A stretch of DNA of 64,000 nt from Daphnia carinata. Lineage: Eukaryota. Where the stretch lies: contig NC_081333.1 of assembly GCF_022539665.2 (NCBI RefSeq), positions 6,324,001-6,388,000 on the forward strand, written 5' to 3'. Of this stretch, positions 1 through 12,109 are shown piece by piece (within the stretch, counting starts at the first letter, position 1; every line of letters begins with the position of its first letter). Position numbers and translations under genes: made by a program. Below the pieces are notes generated by a model. The model made no database searches, was not told the DNA's origin, and saw only the letters and a list, made by a program, of their open reading frames with translations.

Positions 1-1572
1 GGAACTATCATCCTTCCGACGTTTCAATGCAGGCTCTTGGTCAATATTACTACTAGGGAGAATTGCAGGTACAAGTAATAAAGGTGTATAATCTATCTTG
101 TTTCCTAGAATACATAGGTAAAGTATTTTAACATAATAAATTTTTTTTTTTACTAAATGGAAATTAAGTAAATTTTACCTTGATTTGGAATTTGAAAGCT
201 TAGAGGATTTATTTTCCTTACATACTCATACAGCGATTCCACTAGCACCACTGTAGTACAGTATATTAACTGGCGAAAGTTTGGACTGTCTTCCCCCCCG
301 AGCGGTGTGGAATGGTAGAAAGACCAAAGGTTTTGGCACATCAGCTCTCGGTTGCTACGAGTGTCGTACAAAAAGAATGTCGGTACTAACTGCCATACAA
401 CAAAAGTTACGTGGTATGACAAGAAGAATACTTGATACTAAACATGGAACTGAGTTCCCAACCCAGTTTTCGGCCCATGGAAAACATTATTTTAAAAAGA
501 TTTGTCCAAGCTTCCTCTGCTTTTAGTTCAGAGTCTTCCACTCCCTATTGACAAAACTTTAATTAAAAGTAAAACAGATCTCAAACCAGTAGCTTACCTG
601 AATTAATGTTGACCCACTGGCAAACCAGCTGACATAGAAATCAACTGATTTCAAGATAAGTCTGTACAATTGTTTTTGAGGGACATCAATTGTCCTGGAG
701 CTAAGCAATGTTGGTAGCAAGTCTACTACCAACAGTTTCCTAAAGCAATTAACAGGAGTCTGGTAGTGGCTATGCTTTTCACTTGTCAGCAAAGTATCCG
801 CTAATTTTTTCTGCATTATAAAACAAGAATATTTTTTTAACTTCTTAAATTTACAAAATGTACATAAGATCAAAAGATACTCCATGAGTGTCAACAAATT
901 GTGGTAGCATGGACAATAAAACTAGCATTAGTCGACAATGTTCCAATGTATCTTCTGCCCTTTCAGCCATAGCAAGTAATAGCTGATGCTGCACTTCTGT
1001 GAAATAAAACATTTGGCTTCACTGAAAATCAAAGAAAGTGAGCAACTGAACCAGCTTACCTGTAAGCATGTGCGAAAACATGTCACGATGAAACTGAGAT
1101 ATTAGGTTGCCATTGGCTTTCTGTAGGGCACATGTGATATGCTGCACCTCTTCCCATAATTCAGCCTCATTTGGAAAATCAAAGAATCTGCAGTTGTGAT
1201 ACATAAGATTGCTGAAAAAGATTGAAAAGTAATTTAGCTGTATACTTACAAGCTGGAAAAGTATCTGGCAGCTTCTTTGGGATTGTTGGCAGATTTTTGA
1301 GTAGTATATGCCTCAAGCTGAGCAAACGGAGCCATTTATAAGAACAACGAATTCGAAATTATCTTTACTGTTAGCACTGAAAGTAAGTAAAAACATCAAA
1401 GAAGCACACATACTTGGACAGCAAAATTTCGCGGGAACAATGTTTTGGCTGTTATCATCCAAGCTTTTGCCGTGGCAGCATCCTGTTTCTGGCTATTTTT
1501 TGTCCGGTAAATCACATAATCTTCGTCAGAGAGCTGATTTTCCTGCATTTCATCAATAACTCCCGTTCGCAT
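1..1572 (-). CDS. INTS10: Integrator complex subunit 10, 5' part (multi-exon, continues beyond the left edge)
   Basis: Exon peptides QDAATAKAWMITAKTLFPRNFAVQ, FFDFPNEAELWEEVQHITCAL and TPVNCFRKLLVVDLLP...LYRLILKSVDFY match the INTS10 N-terminus as I recall it (QDLWAAKAWLITARSLYP; SPVNCFRKLFVCDVLP). Start ATG at 1572 or 1548; first GT donor after 1414; short GT-AG introns. Confidence 0.88.
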
Positions 1573-1753
1573 TTTTTGAAAATAAATTATTAGCAGACAC
1601 ACGTTCAAAACAATCAACACAGGTCGCCAGAATCGGACTGCGTATATTGGTGTACATTGAGCGTGGAGCAGTACTGCGTGGAATTCTCCGTGGAAATGGG
1701 AGGAGCAAGAAGTCTGTCTACGGTAACTCGCCCAAAAGAGTATTGTACATGTA

Positions 1754-2706
1754 CAGTATGTTCCAAAAAAATCCGACTACCCCCCTTTAAAAAAAATGCC
1801 CCCTATCAACGTATAGCTAAGTTACTTAGTAGTTTAGGTGGGTTATGTTAGAATATGGGAAAATGCGGGAAAAAATGTGGAAAAATGTGGTAGACGTTAC
1901 CATAGAAACGAGACAGGAATGAGTTTGTGTCTCGAATCACTAAGGGATGAGACAAATTGCCGTTAGGCAAAGCCAAAAATTTTAACAAATCTACTAGAAA
2001 ATTGTTTTTGCACCAGGCTACGAGAGACAGACTTCGGGGTGGGAAGTCTCGTCTCCATGGTAACTAATTTAATGCATCATGGAATACGCGCCTTTTTCAA
2101 AATGGTTGTTCTTATGCGCTAAATTAGTATAAAATGGGGGTTGGACTATAAATTTGATGCAGTTCATGTTTCGCGAAAATCACGCAAAACAATAAATTTT
2201 CATTAAATTTGATTTAATGAGTACCAGGCTAGGCCTAACGTTACCACAGACGTTCTTTCCGCAACAGTTAATTGTTTTGCGCTATTTTCATGAAACATTT
2301 TTATAAACTGTATCAGTTTTATAATCCACCGCCCGTTTTATACTAATTTAGCGCGTAAGAACAACCATTTTGAAAAATGCGCGTATTCAATGATGCATTA
2401 AATTAGTTACCATGGAGATGAGACTTCCCATCCCGAAGTCTGTCTCTCGTAGGCTGGTGCAAAAACAATTTTCTAGTAGATTTGTTAAAATTTTTGGCTT
2501 TGCCTAACGGCAATTTGTCTAACCCCTTAGCGATGTAAGGACGCGAGCTTATTCATGTCTCGTATCCATGGTAACGTCTACCGCATTTTTCCCGCATTTT
2601 CCCACATTCTAACATAACCCACCTAAACTACTAAGTAACTTAGCTACACGTTAATAGGGGGCATTTTTTTTAAAGGGGGGTAGTCGGATTTTTTTGGAAC
2701 ATACTG
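1754..2706. mobile_element. Non-autonomous Tc1/mariner-type foldback element (MITE), 953 bp, ~410-bp imperfect TIRs
   Basis: Termini CAGTATGTTCCAAAAAAATCCGACTACCCCCC... and ...GGGGGGTAGTCGGATTTTTTTGGAACATACTG, flanked by TA at 1752-1753 and 2707-2708. Inverted similarity runs from 1754 to ~2167 against ~2302 to 2706, with a ~135-bp spacer. No transposase ORF. CAGT termini with a TA TSD are typical of Tc1/mariner. Confidence 0.92.
1896..2575. promoter_or_regulatory. Four RFX X-box motifs within the foldback TIRs
   Basis: GTTACCATAGAAAC 1896-1909, GTCTCCATGGTAAC 2051-2064, GTTACCATGGAGAT 2406-2419 and GTATCCATGGTAAC 2562-2575. They fit the X-box consensus GTHNYY-AT-RRNAAC; the 2406 copy fits the looser RYYNYY form on its reverse strand. 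Function not shown. Confidence 0.55.
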
Positions 2707-2835
2707 TACATGTCAATAGGCCTCCTGGCCCATTTAGTAGGTCTTGACCTAGAGTCAGCCTGCATGCGACATTCCGTGACTTGTCAGGTCCGCAGTCAAC
2801 GTCCGCACTTTACCCTGGCCTCGCTATCATTGTAG

Positions 2836-5568
2836 ATGGCGAAACCATTGAGTAGGCCTGGATGCCACGGTACTCGTAGTACGATATACCGTGCAGAAAA
2901 AAGCATAATGAATTTTGTCTCGACGTATAAGCGAGAATGTCTCTTGAAAGGAACCTCACCCTTGCACGCCATCGAATCATCTTGGCCAGATACCATTCTA
3001 AATTTCAAGTTTCTTCGAATCCCATCATCTGAGTGGGATCCGGTTTTGGCCGCTTTAAGGAAAAACTTTTCCGTAAAAAAAATTTGCGTGACTATCGATG
3101 TTGATTTGAAATCCAAAAACCATATCCACATGACTAAGTTGAAACATCTCCACCCATTTGTCCAAAGTCTGCTCATTCATTTGAATAACAGTCAACATTT
3201 AACTGAGCTATTTTTGGTTGGAATACCTTTTAGTGTTGCAGACCTGGATTGTGTCAGTAAGGTATCAATGTTTTTAACAAAATAGGCTTGGATATGAATC
3301 AGGAGCAGGTATCACTAGTTTCATAATGACCTTTTTTTGTTAACGTTTTTTAGGGTATTGTTAATTCAAATTCATTAGAACATATTTGCTTCGCAGAAAG
3401 CAAGATTGGTGATAAAGGATTAGCAAAAATTATTGAAGCAGTAAAAGCAAAACCCAATATTGGTACATAGCTTTTAGCATTATTTGGTGACATAATCAAC
3501 GTTTAACAGAAAAATCTTTGTTTAGCATGCTTGGACTTGAGGAACTCTGGCTTGTCTGATAAAGTTGGCAAACTGCTTGCCTCACTAGTATCTTTTCAGT
3601 CTGTTGCTAGAGACAATGCTGCACAGAAAGCATGTTTGTCAGCAGGAGATCCCAATTTAGATCTGATGTGTGGATTAAAGAGGCTTTCTTTGAGTGGTAA
3701 CAGTCTTTCTGATGCTGTAGGGCATTTGGCATTAGCTCTGTATGAAGATAGTTGGATAAAGGCAATTGACTTGCAATTTTGGTAATTATGAGTTTGTTAG
3801 AGCTTTGTCTATAGTCTATTTGGCATTCAACTTATTATTCATAGTAATTTGAGAGATGATCACCTCAATCAGCTTATAGTGGCTGCTGAAAAAAGCTGTT
3901 CCTTGGTCTACGTTGACACAAGTAACAATGATGGCTTAAATTCGTCATTGGTGAAGAGGTTGAAAAAAGTTCTGGAGTTTAACGTGCTGAAGCATCCTTA
4001 CGTCGTCATTCAGCCCATCTCCACTCCGGTGTCAGATCGCTTGGTGTCAAATAGAATAGGGCAAAATGTGCATCGTAATACGTCTTCGAAAGAAATGAAG
4101 CTAAATACTAAAACTCAGAATTCTCCCATTAAACCTAGACATGAGTCAAAAAATAAGTATGTCTGTTATAGTCCGTTTATAAGTTTCTAAAACCTATGCA
4201 ATATTTAAGAAATCACCCATTTCTTTGTTAGAGCAAAGGTATCAAACGATGGATTGGCAAATGATGCATCGTTCAGTCAACTTGTACATCCAAGGTGAAT
4301 GCTTTTTCTCGTTTGGCCGACCAACCAACGTAAATTTATCATTCATTTTACTTTTATTTATTTACGTATTTGTTTCTTTTTCAGACATGATAATTTCATG
4401 AAGAGAATTTCGCCAAATAATGCGGAGTTGCACATTACTCAAATACATGACGAGGTCAGAACAGTTAAAGCAAAAATTGCGACATTGGAGGAGGAAGTGA
4501 GAGAGCTCAGTATAAAAAACAAAACCTGTTCAGGAAGCATGATGATATCGAGCTCGTCCAAATTTGCTGAAAGCGACGCGCTTAGTAGTACTTTTACCCG
4601 AAGTGTGCTAATGTGCTTGAGGCGACTTCAGGACTTATTGAGAGAACTGAAGATTACTTCCTCTGTCCCTCACAATTGTCAAGCAAAAGTTCAAGGTCAA
4701 GAAATTCAAGTAATTCTCGATGCCGTGTATGCGGCCGCGCGTCAGTTTGACCCTAAAGCAAACCGTGCAAAATCGGAAAAGAACGTGACGAGCGAAAACT
4801 GTTCGCTTATGGGAAGCACGAAAACCATAAATTACAAGGTGACAAGGTTATCTGTCCAAGCTTATGGTAATAATCTTATAAATTCCTTTACCTTGTTATA
4901 ATCAAAAGGTGGAAAAATCAGGTAAAAGTTGCGAAAATACTTCTGGCGACTTTCCCAAAGTTTGCCAAGGCCAAAGTGTGATCTCAGACAAAGAAAATAC
5001 GACAACAACAGAAGATCTTGCTACACTTTCCCGGAGTATGAGTTTGGTTGAATCTCTATTTAACGGACACTCGCCAAGGAACAATCGTTCACAAATTATG
5101 CAAGAACAGTCAGCTGTTAGCCTCCATGATTCATCAAGAAGTACAACAAGCAATCTTCGTGTGAATTCCTTGAAAAGCCTACGAACGAGTTTGGAAGGAT
5201 TACGTCAAGAGCTTGATAGAAAAAATGATCTATCTATAGATCAAAGGAATTTGATACCTGACTTGACCGACAATAGAAGTGTTTGTTCCCAAGAGCAAGC
5301 TGGCTCGCACTACAGTACATGTTTCAATTCTTTTTGCACATCCAGTGCTTCAAGTCGGCCAATTTCGAACAGCTCAACTGAAATGCGGACTAAAGTTTCA
5401 AATGATTCTCTTCCGCATTCTGACACCAAACAGACAAAAAAAATTTGCCTTGAAAAAGACAGCATCCCATCGCCACCGTCATCAACCATCAACTTGTCAT
5501 CTATTGTCGATCTTTTGGGGAACTTCAGCATTGATGATATTGGCAGCAGTACGCTAACACCTCCGTAA
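2836..5568 (+). CDS. CEP78: Centrosomal protein 78 kDa-like (LRR N-terminus, coiled coil, Ser-rich tail); ~7 exons
   Basis: NFVSTYKRECLLKGTSPL...EWDPVLAALRKN and PNLDLMCGLKRLSLSGNSLSD...ALYEDSWIKAIDLQ resemble the CEP78 LRR region as I recall it (PDLDCMAGLRRITL...EDLWLRALDLQ). Approximate exons: 2836-3261, 3354-3462, 3527-3782, 3846-4156, 4232-4294, 4385-4838, 4909-5568. Confidence 0.82.
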
Positions 5569-6417
5569 ATAACGAAGGGAGCAGCGAAAACCATTTATCG
5601 TAAAAAAATCTGATAAGTGCGAGTTGCTTTGCTCCATAAAATGCCTCCGTCACTAAAAGAAATTCGCGGTTTTTGCGCCAACGGAAAACGCACAAATATT
5701 TTCGTTAAACGTGGCAGTATTCGCGTTCATCAGAATCCATCCTAATTTGGGCGACAAAAACCGTGTACTGAAGACGCAAGCCATTTAATTAGGCAACGCT
5801 CAGTTTGATACAAGAGGAAATTCGTTTTAAAGGTGTTGTTTTGATTTTATTTTTCTTGAATTTATTTTTCGTTCGCCAGCTTGAACATAAATGTAAAATT
5901 CATATATCTTTGTCCGAAAATGTCGTGCGTCTCTATCGGAGCTTTTGGGTGGAATGTTTTGAAGTAATGATTAAAAAAAAGTGAAAAATTCCAAGATGCG
6001 GAAAAAAAAAGGTGGGATAAAACTTAAAAAAAAAAATAGGGAAACCTATGGTGCAAACCATTGTATCTTAACCCACCCTCACTTGTTCTTTTCCCATTTT
6101 CGGATATGTAACTGCATACCGATCCAAGAACATTCTTAAGCTACCCTATTGACGAAGCTTTAAGGCAACAACTTTTCATCACTCCACACCTGGAAGAGGC
6201 ACTTTTTGTGTGTACCATTTTCGATTTCGAAGTATGAGCGTTCAAATAAATTTGTCGTTCATTAATTTATTTGTAACTTATTAGAATTTTTGTGTATTTG
6301 TTGTCTACTTTGTATTCATACAAGTTCCGCATCTACTGCATTATCCTTAGGGCAGCTTAAGGGCGCAGGCAACAATGTATCCTAATGCAAATATCTTACA
6401 TGTTTGTACACGCAGTA

Positions 6418-9400
6418 TCATCTGTTTACATCAGATGTATCTAGCGAAATTGGATAGCCAATTTCAACAACTTGCGCACCATTAGCGTTGGAACACATTT
6501 CAAGACAAATTCCAAATGGCATTTTTTTCCCTCGGGTATTTGCCAGAACTGCTAATGCTTCGCGACTTCGGACGGCAGTGTTTTGATCAACACACACCAT
6601 CTGACATCGGAAACATGGACCGACGTTCTATTGCAAATCAACGGAGATGAGCGTCTCAACTAAATATTGTCACCATATTACGCTTTGATACCTGAAAAAG
6701 AAAGGGCCCTATTTTTACTTTTTCCCAACCATCTTCTTCAAAAGCATTTGCACTCTGTACAACGAAATTGCCTCGAAATCTAGTCAGGTATTCTTCCTAA
6801 AGAAGGTAAACGTAGTGGATAATTATTCGCCTAATTTTAAATACGTCACATGGTATAGCTACCGTTGAAGATAATTCCAAATCCGTACTTTTAAGCTGCT
6901 CCTTCAGACTATTCACGCTGCTATAATTAAGTAGCAAAAAGGGAGAAGTATTCACCAGTGATGAATCTAAAATTGAACAGCGCAGCAGTTTCAGGGCAGG
7001 TCGGCCGATCACCTTCGTGACACAAAAAAAATTCATTACTGGTATAACCCTTTCTTAATAACTACGGAAACTACTTCGCTCAGCCACTGATTGACCGCAG
7101 ATTCGCACTGAGCTAATTGGACGACTTTTCCGCATATCTTCCTGAGATTTGCTCCATTGTCGCCGTCCAAGAACGTATAATGGTCGTTGATATCCATGCT
7201 GATTGACAATTCCGTGCCATGGTATTGTAAAATAAGTTTGTTTCGTTCTAAATCGATGCTTGGTCGAATCAAACTTTAAAATATTGAAGAATAAAGCCAT
7301 TATCATTATAGTAAATTTTATGTTATGAAAGATTCACCAGAGTTTTGGCTCACGCTTTTGTGTCAAAGCTATGCCGACATCATTTACGATAACCCAGTGT
7401 CGGTCATATAATAGCCCAGACTTAGAAATCGGCCATGTTTTTGGACTGAAACTGCCACATGACTTTATCGGGTAGACGTGAATGCCTACTAATTCAAAAT
7501 TAGTTCGATTCTGCCGAACGGGGTCCAGTAAGTTTTTTGCAATGTTATTTCTCGGTGCCGGTGCCATATTGTCTGCGAAAATATTTGAAAAACTAAATGA
7601 TCACGCAGTAAAGATTTGAAAGCTAGACCTTGCAAAAAGCACTGTCGTAATATAGCCACGAACTGCATGACGTCCTTTCTTTGTGACATGTAACCAAACG
7701 AAACACGAACTGCGCCAGTTGGCCTACCGTGAATTAAGTCATTTTCATCGCCACATTTATGACCAGACTGTTAAATAGCATCCATATTTATTAACAATTA
7801 GAAGAAATTTGAGGTTACCACACACTACTGTAATTACTATAGCAACTGTATTGCATAGGAAAATCTTACCATATAATGGGAACATAAATCCTCTTCTGAT
7901 AATTCAAGAAACCGTTGGCAAGCGGCAGGATTGCAGAAGCAACCTGTTCTCACGTGAACATCGTACAAAGTAAGCATTTTTTCGACCTAGAGAAACAGAA
8001 ACTCATCAATTTCTAAGCTAATTGTGCAATTGCCATAAGTTCAACATAAGCATATCCAATGTAATCGCCGTTTTCCGCCATCAGATTGAAAGTGACAATG
8101 GCACCCTGGCGTTGCCGATCAGTGAATTCCGTGTAGGAATATATTTTCACTAAACTTTTTCCGTTCGCATGTTTCAGCTGGCACAGGGAAACATACAACA
8201 ATTGCCCCAGTCGAAATGTGTGGATAGACACATTGTCCATTGTTGATACAAGATTTTTAAGCTCCCGCATGCTATGGCGGAGTGCGAGTATGGAGAGAAA
8301 ATTTGCAGTCCCATTTTCAAACCTGTCAATTTTGAAAACATGGTTGTGATTCATGTTGGTTAAAAAAATTTTGCTTGGTAGGAGAAGACACAAGAAAAAG
8401 TAAGGAATTGAGACCATTTCTTGAGTTAGCGCAAACCACTCGCTTCGACACGGTAGAATTATCTAAAAAAAATTACTTTTCCTGTAGAACATGGCGTGCC
8501 ACATGAAAGTCGCGAGAAGACGAAACAATTTCCACCGTCCCTCCGCCAACATACTTTATTGAGCAAAATCAATTGAATAGAAAAAAGAAAATAAAACTAC
8601 AATTCCGAAGGGTCATTAGAAATTTGTGATCGTTTCATACCTTTTTATGTAAGACATGATTAGCACGCTGATGAACGATTAAAGCACCTAAACCTATAGC
8701 GTTGAAAAAGCGGAAACGGAAATAAAAACGTTAATAGTTTGTCAGTCGTGAAAATGTCTTGTTTCTGTGTTTGCCTTTGTCGTGCACAACAGGAACTCAC
8801 CTGTTGGATAACCAAACATCTTGTAAAAAGATATTGCTACCATATCTGGTTGCCAAACAGAGAGATCTAGCTGATTGGTGCCTACATAAGAGGCGGCATC
8901 CAAAAGACAAAACCAGGCTTTTTTGCTTTCCTCCTTCTTATTTAGAAGTTCTTTGTTCAAACATAAATCACAGCTGATGTCAGAGAGGGCTCCCTGTTGC
9001 GAATATGATATAAGCTCTAAAGGATATTTGAAGCCACTGAAATTGCATTGCGCTGGGAAGACGAACAATGAATTTGATGTCGGCGCCGTTTTTTCGCTTT
9101 CTTTCGCAACCTCTGTTTCTACTTCAAAAAATAAACATGAGGTATAGGGCTTATTTTTAAATGATCCAAAAAGCTTGAAATATCGCTATAATTTTAGTTA
9201 CCTTTTTTTCCCTGAGAAACTGAAGAAGCAAGATTGGCTTTTACGTGTATCTTTTCACGAATACGATTATGGCTTTCCAGATTAAAATAGGTGCTAATGT
9301 CGTCAGATGGTAACGCATAACATGGAACATTTCTTTTAAAATATTCCCTCATGCCAATAACTGAAGTGTGACTTTCTTTAAGGTATACAAAGGACCCACA

Positions 9401-9873
9401 GTCATTTGAATGGGATGGCATACTTGAAAACTGAAAACTTTCAGCCACAAGCCTAAGGCTATCAGTTGCACCTATATTGTTCAATTGTTATTACTAATCT
9501 TAAATCTTAAATTCACTTCAATGCTATCTAAATAACCTGATGTAAATAACAATGTATATTGATTAGGATCTGCTTGAAAGAAACTAAGTAGTTCAATTCT
9601 TGTTTGATCAATAATATCAGTTGTTAATCTGCTAGGTGTGTTACGACTATGAGGATTCCCAAAACAATTCTGTGTTAATTCAGCAAGTGAATGCTCTATT
9701 AATGACTTAGAATACAGTGTGCTCCCGGCATGGTCCAAATACAAGCCTAAGAATACAAAAAATCCAATTACACACCATTTGAAAAAGGAGAAAATATTGA
9801 GCTTACCTTTCACATGACTGAAGTTGCTATTCATATACTCCCAGGCCTCTTCCCCATAGATATCTGTCTCCAT
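6418..9873 (-). CDS. MOCOS: Molybdenum cofactor sulfurase (maroon-like); multi-exon
   Basis: NifS-like motifs YLDHAGSTLY, FGNPHS, FPAQCNFSG, LLDAASYV, SFYKMFGYPTG (PLP lysine) and VRTGCFCNP (catalytic Cys). C-terminal MOSC motifs YPIKSCG, LYDRHW, RFRGNFVV and GPCFRCQMVCVDQ. ATG 9873, stop 6418-6420. Confidence 0.95.
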
Positions 9874-10737
9874 TTTAGGGTTTTAAACCAGCTCTAGCGT
9901 TGAATAGATCCGAAGCAGTTGAAGAATATTTGCTACACTGATATGGGATATGACCATTCACTCACAAAAAGATTGTATAGCTTTCCCGTTCGTTTGGTTC
10001 CTGATTCACCTACACATGCAACAGGTGAAATACTTCAGTTAAATCGAATTCCATTTGTTGACAAACAGGCCTAAAATATGAAAGGGCGGACAGTCCGACT
10101 AAAATGTGAAACTTTCTGCGGAATGGAGATGCCTAGTTTCATAGCGAAACTGGTAACTTGAGACCCGGCCAAGGATGGGAATCTTAGATTCGTAATCCTA
10201 ATCCTTGCCACCTCACGAAAACATAGGCAAGGCTATCAGGGAAGTCTGAAGGCTATCGCAACAAAGCCACCCTGACTAAACTCACGTTATGGCTGCGCGT
10301 CGGCCCAGCAGTTGTAGCTATTCGTCGACTCAACAATCTTTTATTCGTCTGCCGTTTGCTGTATCAGTCCGCAGACTATCCCACTGCATTTGTCAGTCGG
10401 TCCACCTGGTAAAGCTATCCGTCGATCCACCCGGTGAAGCTGTTCGTCGTTCCTATCGCTGTTTTTGTCCGTCGAAATTTTCGCTACACCTGCCCCTTGA
10501 CCCACAACTTTTGACGATTTTCAGATATTTGATCACTAAATTTGACGACTTCCCCCGTGTTTCGGGTGAAAAAACAAATTAGCTCTACATTAATAACTAT
10601 GATTTATCTAAGACCAGAGAGCAGTACAAGCTTATGGCGAAACCTTAGGATCTCGAAACAAAGTATCCCACTGTTACCAAATAATGCAACCACAATAAAA
10701 GTGAAGTTTTGAACCAAATGATGTCATAACTTATTAT

Positions 10738-11982
10738 TTATTCGGCGTCCAAGACGCAAGCACTGAGAACATTCAGAATATCTTTTACCAGTGTTTTGGC
10801 AACCCAAAAGCTTGAAGTAGTATTGCCAGAAACTAGAGACATTTTATTCACGCTTTCGGTGAATTCTAGAAATAAGGCATCTACTACTTTCTTACCAAAT
10901 ACTTTTATTTGATATTTATCTGGTATAATTTCTAAAATAGAAAATCCCTTTCTCGACAGCTGGGAATCGTCACGTGAAAGCAGCGTCAGTGCTATTTGAG
11001 CATTCCAGCTAAAGCCCTCTTCGCTGTAAAATAGATTTCCATCCTTACAGAACTGCTTGAGAAGAGCAATCCGGTTAGGAACAAAACGGAGTGTATGGAC
11101 GGGGAACAAATCAAACAGAAGATTGATTCCGAATTCAATCACATTATGAGGATTTTTTTTGGTTATAAATCCATATTCTAAAAACAATTTTTGGTTATCG
11201 TGTGGCCCATAGTTGATGAACACTTGCTGATGTTTCTTTATCTTTTGACTCGATCGTATTTCGTAGCACTGGCTGTTTTTATTGAAACCAGCTTCGACGA
11301 CCACATGCGGATCATGATTAAACATGTCCAAGTACGGTGCTAGAGCCATGTTATTCTCCAGCCCGTCCACGTTAAATATATCCGAATCTTGATAAAAAAC
11401 TGCTCTTGTATTGACACAATACCAAGCCCATTGAAAACTTTCCAATGTCAAGTTTGGACCAAAAATTTTTTCCCAGATTACCAAAAGGGTTTCATACTTT
11501 TCCACAACATAACTTTGGTTGCATATAATTTTATCTCGAAGAACTTTGGGCAAAACAGCTACTTCTTGGCTTTCACATAATCCACCAACTGAGAAACTCT
11601 TTGGCAGAGTAGAAAGGTAGGAAGAATACAATCCATTTATTTTTGAAATCAAAATGAAGAAAGTTAAACATTCCGCTGTTGTCATCTTGAAATTTTGCAA
11701 AGCAGGAATTTGTGAAATAACGTTTGCTTTAGTAATAAGAAGATTTTTAGGGATTCTTACTATGAGGCTATTTGGAGCTAAGTTGGACATGGCCATGAGG
11801 CCACGTCCAGTGTCACTAAACACAGCTGGTTTTGTTTTTAAGCAATCTTTTGAAGCAGCGTTCCACCCATTTGCACTCATCCATTTGCACAATTCAACGA
11901 ATTCCGGATTTGAGTCGATTACAACAGGGCGAAAACATTGACTTTCTATCCGCCGTTTACGAATTCTGGATGTTCGTCCCAT
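10738..11982 (-). CDS. SETD4: SET domain-containing protein 4 (single exon, 414 aa)
   Basis: Uninterrupted ORF with an MGRTSRIRKRR N-terminus, FSDTGRGLMA, FQWAWYCVNTRAV, ALAPYLDMFNHDP and QVFINYGPHDNQKLFLEYGF, all characteristic of SETD4. Confidence 0.92.
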   Translation of the reverse strand: MGRTSRIRKRRIESQCFRPVVIDSNPEFVELCKWMSANGWNAASKDCLKTKPAVFSDTGRGLMAMSNLAPNSLIVRIPKNLLITKANVISQIPALQNFKMTTAECLTFFILISKINGLYSSYLSTLPKSFSVGGLCESQEVAVLPKVLRDKIICNQSYVVEKYETLLVIWEKIFGPNLTLESFQWAWYCVNTRAVFYQDSDIFNVDGLENNMALAPYLDMFNHDPHVVVEAGFNKNSQCYEIRSSQKIKKHQQVFINYGPHDNQKLFLEYGFITKKNPHNVIEFGINLLFDLFPVHTLRFVPNRIALLKQFCKDGNLFYSEEGFSWNAQIALTLLSRDDSQLSRKGFSILEIIPDKYQIKVFGKKVVDALFLEFTESVNKMSLVSGNTTSSFWVAKTLVKDILNVLSACVLDAE

Positions 11983-12109
11983 GTTTTCATTGAAAAAAGT
12001 TTCAAGTCACTAAAGCAGTAAAGCTTGTCCCACAGTATGTCTTCATTTTGTCGGCGGTGCCAAACTTTATTTATTTTTATTTTCGCCTTTTTAAAGACTA
12101 ATGTTCAAC

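Noticed and set aside
10223..10636. CATAGGC...GCTTATG as TIRs of a fourth MITE
   Set aside because: The match is too short and the flanks do not form a TSD.
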